Positions 17,652-23,408 of a stretch of 23,408 bases of DNA are shown piece after piece. The notes under the pieces are model-generated. The model was not told where the DNA came from. It saw nothing but the letters and a program-made list of their open reading frames with translations, and searched no databases. Within the stretch, counting starts at the first letter, position 1; each line of letters starts with the position of its first letter. Source of the stretch: a bacterium (GTDB lineage Bacteria > Zhuqueibacterota > Zhuqueibacteria > Oceanimicrobiales > Oceanimicrobiaceae). The position numbers were made by a program, and so were the translations under genes. The DNA lies in NCBI GenBank assembly GCA_046757165.1, contig JBHHXT010000064.1, positions 1 through 23,408 on the forward strand, read 5' to 3'.

Positions 17652-18200
17652 ATGGTTAGAAGACGCCGCAACACAGGCAGACAGAGTCCGCGCAAGAGTC
17701 CCCAAAAGCGTGGCAGCAGAAGGTCCAGCAACCAGAGTCTGAAGGAAAAGGTCCTGACCACTGCCATCTGGGGGTTGAGTCTCATCAACATCGCTCTCAT
17801 ATTCTCACTGGTGTCGAATTTCTTCGCCTCCCCCAACGAGTTTGCAGCCTCGGCGAACCAGCCGCAAGATGAAGCGGTTGTTGAAAAGGATGAAAGGGTG
17901 ACCGTCGAGGTGCTCAACGCTTGTGGCGTGCAAGGCCTTGCGAACGACGTGACGCAGTACCTGCGAAACCACAATTTCGACGTGGTCAACGTCGGCAACT
18001 ACAGCAGCTTCAACCTGGACCGCACGCTGATTTTCGACCGGGTGTCGCTCAGCAGCAGATATGCCAGGAAGGTTGCCTCTGTGCTCGACGTCGACGAGAA
18101 TCAGGTCGTCCCTGACCTCGAGGACTCCCTGCATCTTATGGTCACGGTCATCGTTGGCAAAGATTATAAGACACTCAGTCTTTTTACTGCAAACCGATAA
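17652..18200 (+). CDS. Membrane-anchored LytR C-terminal (LytR_C) domain protein
   Basis: ATG 17652 after AGGAGG. Basic N-tail and one TM helix, then VEVLNACGVQGLA...L....FDVVNVGN...VTVIVGKDY, typical of LytR_C. Confidence 0.85.
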   Translation: MVRRRRNTGRQSPRKSPQKRGSRRSSNQSLKEKVLTTAIWGLSLINIALIFSLVSNFFASPNEFAASANQPQDEAVVEKDERVTVEVLNACGVQGLANDVTQYLRNHNFDVVNVGNYSSFNLDRTLIFDRVSLSSRYARKVASVLDVDENQVVPDLEDSLHLMVTVIVGKDYKTLSLFTANR

Positions 18201-18397
18201 TCCAGCCCGTCATTAAGTTTTTGTGACACCCCTGTGCAATTTGTAAGAAAGCAGACGATCGCCACAAAAAGTGCGCTTTCCCGCGTATTGCAGCAAGCGG
18301 CTGTAATTTCAGAGGATAGTTTCGGCGCCGGTGAGCTATCTGAGTTCTCACCGTCCGGCACAGGGCCCCTGCTCCCGCTCTGCCTTCCAAAAAAGCC

Positions 18398-18426
18398 TTG
18401 AATTTCACCGGCCATTTCCGTATGTT
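18398..18426 (+). promoter_or_regulatory. sigma70 promoter for mtnA-TPR
   Basis: TTGAAT (18398-18403), 17 bp spacer, TATGTT (18421-18426); implies a 5' UTR of about 85-90 nt. Confidence 0.55.
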
Positions 18427-18519
18427 TTTTGCGCAGAGTGGCTCTTTCGGGAGTTTATGCAAGCCCACATCGGCAAGAAACCCGAAGCCCGTAAGACAGA
18501 AACGATACGGAGGTAGCCT

Positions 18520-19557
18520 ATGCCCGTCACAACCATCGAGTGGCGAGAGCAGCATGTCAGAATGATAGACCAAACGAAGTTGCCAAACGAGCTGGTCTAC
18601 CTCGACATCCACGACGTTGAGGTGCTGGCCGAGGGGATTAAGTCCTTGCGCGTACGGGGCGCCCCTGCGATTGGCATTGCGGCGGCATTCGGCCTCCTGC
18701 TTGCAATCCAACACTGTCAAGAAGAGAGCCGGGAAAGCTTCTTCGAGCAGCTTCATAAAACAGCAGACTATCTGAACGCGACGCGCCCGACCGCAGTCAA
18801 TTTGGCCTGGGCACTCAACAGAATGAAACGCGCGGCCGAGGCTCAGAAGGGGAAATCGGTCGCAGAACTCAAGAAGATTCTGCAGAAGGAGGCCCTGGCC
18901 ATTTGGGAGGAAGACCGACAAACGTGTCGGCAGCTCGGACAGCACGGTCAGACTTTGCTGCAGGATGGCTTTCGAGTGTTGACCCACTGCAATACCGGTG
19001 CCCTTGCCACGGCGGATTATGGCACGGCATTGGGGGTCGTCTTCGCTGCCAACGAGGCGGGCAAGAAAATCAGCGTTTTCGCCGATGAAACCCGGCCTCT
19101 GCTGCAGGGCGCACGACTGAACGTTTGGGAGCTCATGAACGAAGGTATCGAGGTGACACTCATTTGCGACAACACCGCAGCATTCGTCATGCAAAAGGGA
19201 CAGGTCGATTGCTGTATTGTCGGTGCCGATAGAATTGCTGCGAATGGAGACACCGCCAATAAGATCGGGACCTACAGCGTTGCTGTCCTGGCCGAGAAAC
19301 ATGCCATTCCCTTTTACGTCGCGGCGCCTTACTCTACGATCGACTTTGGGCTGCGCGCTGGCTCGCAAATTCCAATCGAAGAAAGAGCTGCGGAAGAAGT
19401 AACAGAAGGATTTGGCAGGCGGATCGCGCCCGCGAACGCCAACGTGTACAGCCCGGCGTTCGACGTCACGCCAAACGAGCTCATCACCGCCATGATAACG
19501 GAAAAAGGCGTGATCTCCCCGCCTTATGAAGAGAACCTGAAGAAACATGCAGAATAA
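18520..19557 (+). CDS. mtnA: S-methyl-5-thioribose-1-phosphate isomerase
   Basis: Motifs IDQTKLP, RVRGAPAIG, TRPTAVNL, THCNTGALAT, DETRPLLQGARL, GADRIAANGDTANKIGTY and PAFDVTP. GGAGG SD. Confidence 0.96.
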   Translation: MPVTTIEWREQHVRMIDQTKLPNELVYLDIHDVEVLAEGIKSLRVRGAPAIGIAAAFGLLLAIQHCQEESRESFFEQLHKTADYLNATRPTAVNLAWALNRMKRAAEAQKGKSVAELKKILQKEALAIWEEDRQTCRQLGQHGQTLLQDGFRVLTHCNTGALATADYGTALGVVFAANEAGKKISVFADETRPLLQGARLNVWELMNEGIEVTLICDNTAAFVMQKGQVDCCIVGADRIAANGDTANKIGTYSVAVLAEKHAIPFYVAAPYSTIDFGLRAGSQIPIEERAAEEVTEGFGRRIAPANANVYSPAFDVTPNELITAMITEKGVISPPYEENLKKHAE

Positions 19558-19569
19558 CCTTTTCGCGTT

Positions 19570-20709
19570 ATGAGTGATTCATTGACATGGGTTCGGTATC
19601 GACGGTTCGATCCCACACGAAGCGCTGTAGTCGTCTGTTTCCTGCTGGCCCTTACCGGCTGTCAGCCAAAAGAACTGACCTCTGCAAAAATCTATATCCA
19701 GAGCAACGACTGGGACAAAGCGTTGCAGCACCTGGAAAACGCTGTAGAAGTCCATCCTAACAACGCAGAAGCGCACTGCCTACTCGGCAAGGCGTACGGT
19801 CAGCACGGACGCTACAAAGAAATGAACAGGGAGTTCGAGATTTCGCTCATGGTCACGGATAAGTTCGAGGCAGAAATCCGGGCAGAGCGGGAGCAGCACT
19901 GGATCGACAAATACAATAACGCCATCGCCGCCATGACGCAGGAAGAGTACGCCAGGGCCGAAGAGCTGCTGCGAAAGGCGATAACAATTGAACCGTCCCG
20001 ATATGAAGCCTACAAGAAGCTGGCTCTGACCTACCTCAATGTCGACAAGACAGACAAAGCACTCCTGCTTTACTCCAAGTTGCTGGAAAAAAAGCCGGAC
20101 GATGTGGATCTGCTCTCATCCACCGGCAATTTGTATTACAGCCAGAAGCAGTTTGATAAAGTGATTCCCATTTTGAAGCGGATTCTCGTGCTGGAACCCA
20201 ACCATCGTGATGCGTTAGCCAATCTGGCGCTGTGCTACGATTCGTTGGGGGAAACTGAGCAGGCGGCCCACGCCTACCAAAAAGCGATCGCAGTCAATCC
20301 TCAGGACAAAGACCTTGTGTTTCTGTTCGGCGCACACCGTTATAACCGCAAGCAATTTCCAAAAGCCATTCAGCTTTTCGAGCAAGTATTGACGATGAAC
20401 CCAGACGATTTTGAATCTACATCGAATATTGGCAATGCGTACTTGAGCATGGCGGAGGAGCTGCGGCTCAGACTAAAAGAGTCCCGCAACGGTAGCACCG
20501 CGGCCGAGGTCGTCATCCGGCTAAAAAACGAGGCCATCCGCAATTACAAAAACGCCATTCCTTATTTGGAAAAATCCCTGGAGATGCGACCGAACCATCC
20601 CACTCTCTGGCGGAATCTTGGCATTGCCTACATCAATACGGGTGAGAAGGAGAAGGGCGAGCAGGCATTTTTGAAGGCAGAAGAGCTGCAGGTGCAGTCA
20701 GCCAAATAG
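19570..20709 (+). CDS. Tetratricopeptide-repeat lipoprotein
   Basis: Lipobox LALTG-C at residue 30; multiple 34-aa TPR units (AHCLLGKAY, ALANLALCY, NIGNAY, LWRNLGIAY; P.N/D turns). The exact start is uncertain. Confidence 0.85.
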   Translation: MSDSLTWVRYRRFDPTRSAVVVCFLLALTGCQPKELTSAKIYIQSNDWDKALQHLENAVEVHPNNAEAHCLLGKAYGQHGRYKEMNREFEISLMVTDKFEAEIRAEREQHWIDKYNNAIAAMTQEEYARAEELLRKAITIEPSRYEAYKKLALTYLNVDKTDKALLLYSKLLEKKPDDVDLLSSTGNLYYSQKQFDKVIPILKRILVLEPNHRDALANLALCYDSLGETEQAAHAYQKAIAVNPQDKDLVFLFGAHRYNRKQFPKAIQLFEQVLTMNPDDFESTSNIGNAYLSMAEELRLRLKESRNGSTAAEVVIRLKNEAIRNYKNAIPYLEKSLEMRPNHPTLWRNLGIAYINTGEKEKGEQAFLKAEELQVQSAK

Positions 20710-20991
20710 GGCCCATTTGTCTGCGCCGGGTAGCCGATACAGAAAAGCGTTGGCACCGGACGCAAGGTTTTGGCGAAATGTGAAACCCCTACTACCGAAT
20801 TCTCGCAAGAACATGAGCGCCCGATGCCCGCCTGGCCCGCAAAGAGCCCCTACAATTACTCACAGAGGAATGGAACCATGGTTCCAACTTACCTTTAGAA
20901 AACTTTGAAGTGCGATTGTCGCTGCTCAAATCGCCGCCTGCTATGTTCTGCGGTCGCAGACGGCTCAGCAGAGATTCTTAGATTCTGATTC
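20710..20991 (-). ncRNA. Candidate sigma54-dependent small RNA (3' end uncertain)
   Basis: Lies directly downstream of the -24/-12 promoter. Contains several stems and three GAATC motifs; the only ATG-initiated minus-strand ORFs found are 7 aa and 38 aa, without a strong SD. Confidence 0.4.
20722..20764. terminator. Long imperfect stem-loop just after the TPR gene
   Basis: TGCGCCGGGTAGCCGAT pairs with GTTGGCACCGGACGCA (with bulges and G-U pairs), followed by GGTTTT on the + strand. Confidence 0.35.
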
Positions 20992-21001
20992 GTGCAGAGT
21001 T

Positions 21002-21017
21002 CGCAATTATTATGCCG
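21002..21017 (-). promoter_or_regulatory. sigma54 (-24/-12) promoter
   Basis: Minus strand CGGCATAATAATTGCG has exact GG-N10-GC spacing and matches YGGCAY-N5-TTGC. Predicted +1 near 20991. Confidence 0.75.
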
Positions 21018-21058
21018 GGAGACTTTTCACCTTTCAGGAAAGGCTTAACTTCCTTCAA

Positions 21059-21071
21059 AAACAATATATTG
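21059..21071 (+). promoter_or_regulatory. IHF-like binding site
   Basis: AAACAATATATTG is one mismatch from WATCAANNNNTTR and lies between the putative UAS and the sigma54 promoter. Confidence 0.55.
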
Positions 21072-21122
21072 TGCTAACTAAGGGGGAGAAGATGAGGCAG
21101 TCCAGTAAACAGGGCAACTGAC

Positions 21123-21148
21123 ATATTTCATGGTTACCCATGAAATAT
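21123..21148. promoter_or_regulatory. Palindromic upstream activating sequence (putative enhancer-binding-protein site)
   Basis: ATATTTCATGG-ttac-CCATGAAATAT has perfect 11-bp arms, 130-160 bp upstream of the predicted +1. The half-sites resemble the FhlA-type ATTTCGT/ACGAAAT motif. Confidence 0.6.
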
Positions 21149-21156
21149 CGTTGGGT

Positions 21157-21180
21157 GTGGTTGAGTTTTCGGTCAACCAC
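21157..21180 (-). terminator. Stem-loop immediately after the activator stop codon
   Basis: GTGGTTGA-N8-TCAACCAC forms a perfect 8-bp stem with no U-tract, so it may be a stabilising stem instead. Confidence 0.35.
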
Positions 21181-21183
21181 TAT

Positions 21184-23136
21184 CTATTTCGGTCTTTTGA
21201 TGCCCAGCTTCTGCATGCGAGACCGGAGTGTTCCGTGGTTCATGCCCAGACGCTGGGCGGCACCGCGCTTGCCTTCGATAATCCAGTTGGTCTTGTCCAG
21301 GACGCGCAGAATGTGTTCGCGTTCAACGTCCACCAGCTTGACCGAACCCGTGCCCGGCGGCACACTCTCGTACTCATGAGCTTCCAGCAGCGGGTCAATC
21401 TGGATGCAGGTGCCACGCGCAATGATGACGGCCCGCTCAATGATATTCTCCAACTCCCTGACATTGCCCGGCCATGAGTAATTCTGCAAGGCTTGCATAG
21501 AAAGAGGTGGAATCGTGAGGCAATCTTTTTTGAGTCGTGCAGCAAACTTTCGGGCAAAGTGGTTGGCGAGCATTGGAATATCTTCTTTCCGTTCTCGCAA
21601 CGGCGGCACCATAATTGGGAACACATTTAGCCGGAAATAGAGGTCCTCCCGGAAATGGCGCAATTGAATGGCTCTTCTCAAGTCCCGGTTCGTGGCTGCC
21701 AGCACGCGCACCGTCACCTTTTTGGAATGAGAGTTGCCGACTCTTTCAAATTCGCCAGACTGCAGCACTCTAAGAAGCTTCACCTGCAGCTCCAGGGGCA
21801 GGTCTCCAATTTCATCCAGAAAGATTGTGCCGCCGTCGGCTAATTCAAACCGTCCCTGTTTGCGGCCCAGGGCTCCGGTAAACGCTCCTTTTTCATGTCC
21901 GAAAAGTTCACTTTCAATCAACGTCGCGGGTAGCGCCGCACAATTTACTTTTACCAGGGGTCTGTTGCTCAAATGACTGCGCGCGTGGATGACATGCGCG
22001 ACCAGCTCTTTGCCCGTCCCTGTCTCACCCAGCAAGAGCACGGTGGCAGCCGTTGGCGCGACGTCGTCTACTTTGCGCAGGATTTCCTTCATCGGTGCGC
22101 TGGCACAGATGATCTCTTCCATGCCGTGCTCGACTTTGATCTCCTCTTGCAGATAGATGTTCTCAGCCTCGATACGAGCCTTGAGCCGTTTGACTTCCGC
22201 CAGCGCCTGCTGCAATTTCCGCGTGCGCGCGCCGACGCGCTGCTCCAACAACTCTTTCGCTTCCTGCAACTTGAACTCAGCCTGCTTGCGAACGGTGATG
22301 TCCACGGCCGTTCCCAGGACGGCTGGCTTTCCGCCAAACTGGAGCGTATCGCCGGTAAAATCAATCCAGCGTTCCTCGCCGCTTTTGGTCAGGATCTTTA
22401 CTTCGTATCTTGGCTCCACCTGATCGCCCCGCTGACGTGCCAGCCCTCTCTCCTTAACCAGGTCTTGAAAATCCGGATGGATAATTTTCCAAAACGGGAT
22501 GTTTAGAAGTTCTTCTTCAGAGTAACCCGTGATGATTTCGGCCGCAGAATTCACGTAGCAGAGTTGTGTGCCCTGAAAAATAAAAATAGCGGCTGCGGTT
22601 GTGTCTGCCAGGACGCGGAATTTGGCTTCACTATCCCGCAATGCATTCTCTGTGCGCTTACGTTCGGTGATCTCCTGCACAACCGTGCTCACGCCGCGCA
22701 CCGTTCCATCATCAGACTTGACAGGATAGTAACTGACCAGCCAGTCCCGCCTAACACCAGGCTCCGAGGGGGTCACCCCGTGCACTTCAAAATCGAGTGC
22801 CGGCTCGCCCGAGTCTATCACCCGGCGGTATATCGGTTCTAATCGAACAGCGATTTCCGGGATGACTTCTCGCAGGGTCTTGCCCATGTGCTCTGCGACA
22901 GGCTTGCCATTGATGGCAGCCAACCTTTTGTTGATGCGTACAAAACGCAGCTCGGTGTCCATCAGGCAAAGACCAATCGGCGCTGAGTTATAAAGGTGCT
23001 CGAGCTCAGAAAGTTGATCATTGGCGAGTTTTTTGCACTCCTGCAACCTTTTTTCGGTGCACCCGTGCTCGGGCCTGTCCTGCGCGTTTCTGTCTCCCTC
23101 TTCGGTGTCTGGTCTCTGCAGTCGCTGTGGTGCCAT
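21184..23136 (-). CDS. sigma54-dependent transcriptional activator: PAS-PAS-AAA+-HTH, FhlA-like
   Basis: Two PAS/PAC domains (SAPIGLCLMDTELRFVRIN...EITERK; YVNSAAEIITGYS...DITVRK), a coiled coil (ENIYLQEEI), Walker A GETGTGKE, GAFTGA, Walker B FLDEIG, REDLYFRL, WPGNVREL and an HTH (GAAQRLGMNHGTLRSRMQKLGI). No receiver domain. Confidence 0.95.
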   Translation of the reverse strand: MAPQRLQRPDTEEGDRNAQDRPEHGCTEKRLQECKKLANDQLSELEHLYNSAPIGLCLMDTELRFVRINKRLAAINGKPVAEHMGKTLREVIPEIAVRLEPIYRRVIDSGEPALDFEVHGVTPSEPGVRRDWLVSYYPVKSDDGTVRGVSTVVQEITERKRTENALRDSEAKFRVLADTTAAAIFIFQGTQLCYVNSAAEIITGYSEEELLNIPFWKIIHPDFQDLVKERGLARQRGDQVEPRYEVKILTKSGEERWIDFTGDTLQFGGKPAVLGTAVDITVRKQAEFKLQEAKELLEQRVGARTRKLQQALAEVKRLKARIEAENIYLQEEIKVEHGMEEIICASAPMKEILRKVDDVAPTAATVLLLGETGTGKELVAHVIHARSHLSNRPLVKVNCAALPATLIESELFGHEKGAFTGALGRKQGRFELADGGTIFLDEIGDLPLELQVKLLRVLQSGEFERVGNSHSKKVTVRVLAATNRDLRRAIQLRHFREDLYFRLNVFPIMVPPLRERKEDIPMLANHFARKFAARLKKDCLTIPPLSMQALQNYSWPGNVRELENIIERAVIIARGTCIQIDPLLEAHEYESVPPGTGSVKLVDVEREHILRVLDKTNWIIEGKRGAAQRLGMNHGTLRSRMQKLGIKRPK

Positions 23137-23183
23137 TTTCGAGGTTCCCCTGCCGGAGTGAACAATTTGCGATGGATTTGATA

Positions 23184-23212
23184 AAGATAAGCCATTTGTG
23201 ACGAAATTTCAA
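23184..23212 (-). promoter_or_regulatory. sigma70 promoter of the activator gene
   Basis: TTGAAA (23212-23207), 17 bp spacer, TATCTT (23189-23184); about 48 bp upstream of the ATG. Confidence 0.6.
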
Positions 23213-23408
23213 GCAAAAATCTCCCGAGTTAGTGATTGACCAAAACTGGTTGAGCTTTTCATAAGGGGTGTCATTCAGCCCTGGAAATCCGGTCGGGAAA
23301 TGGTGTCAGCCAGCACCCCCACCGATTATGGTGCCATGCCCCCTTGTGGGGCATATATCGAAAGCATAACCTGCGCTGCCATTCAACGCACTTAAATTGA
23401 TTAACATA

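Noticed and set aside
18287..18353. Mutually exclusive hairpins upstream of mtnA as a riboswitch
   Set aside because: They lie upstream of the predicted mtnA promoter (18398-18426) and match no SAM/SAH consensus I recognise.
20750..20764. TTGGCACCGGACGCA as a plus-strand sigma54 promoter
   Set aside because: GG-to-GC spacing is 8 rather than the required 10.
20722..20799. Resemblance to a c-di-GMP-I riboswitch (GGACGCAA ... CTACCGA)
   Set aside because: It lacks the 5' GGCAAA, the GNRA-capped P2 and the tetraloop receptor, and there is no downstream plus-strand gene.
20698..20814. 38-aa minus-strand ORF (MFLREFGSRG...) as the sigma54 target
   Set aside because: It has no SD and no recognisable features, and it overlaps the TPR stop. 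It is not supportable as a CDS, though not strictly excluded.
23265..23354. TPP-riboswitch-like GGGGTGC...GCTGA...ACCC on the minus strand, nearby hairpins, and TGGCACCATAATCGG
   Set aside because: It lacks the CTGAGA and CCTGA core of TPP riboswitches, and the sigma54-like motif has GG instead of GC at -12. The region may be the tail of a gene cut by the window edge.

Overview
A mostly housekeeping bacterial segment. The protein types (DUF6588-like barrel, BamA ending HFVFGRSF, LytR_C protein, TPR lipoprotein) suggest an FCB-related diderm such as KSB1 or Calditrichota; this taxonomy is inference only. The minus strand (89-15116) carries a rearranged envelope-biogenesis operon, uppS-tamB-like-bamA-skp-fabZ-lipM-beta-barrel protein-dxr-rseP, followed by a separately promoted class I aminotransferase-gcvT unit. 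The N-terminal stub of a probable Rpn/YhgA-like gene sits at the left edge. The plus strand (15496-20709) carries an OmpA-domain protein with three helical repeats, a secreted hypothetical protein, a LytR_C protein, mtnA and a TPR lipoprotein. At the right end is a minus-strand PAS-PAS sigma54 activator of the FhlA type. The most notable signal lies just downstream of this activator: a complete sigma54 cassette (palindromic UAS, IHF-like site, -24/-12 promoter) firing into about 280 nt of structured DNA with no convincing ORF. This is a candidate new sigma54-dependent small RNA in a cbrB-crcZ-like layout, and the activator's own promoter has a possible autoregulatory site. No rRNA, tRNA, CRISPR array or complete mobile element was seen.
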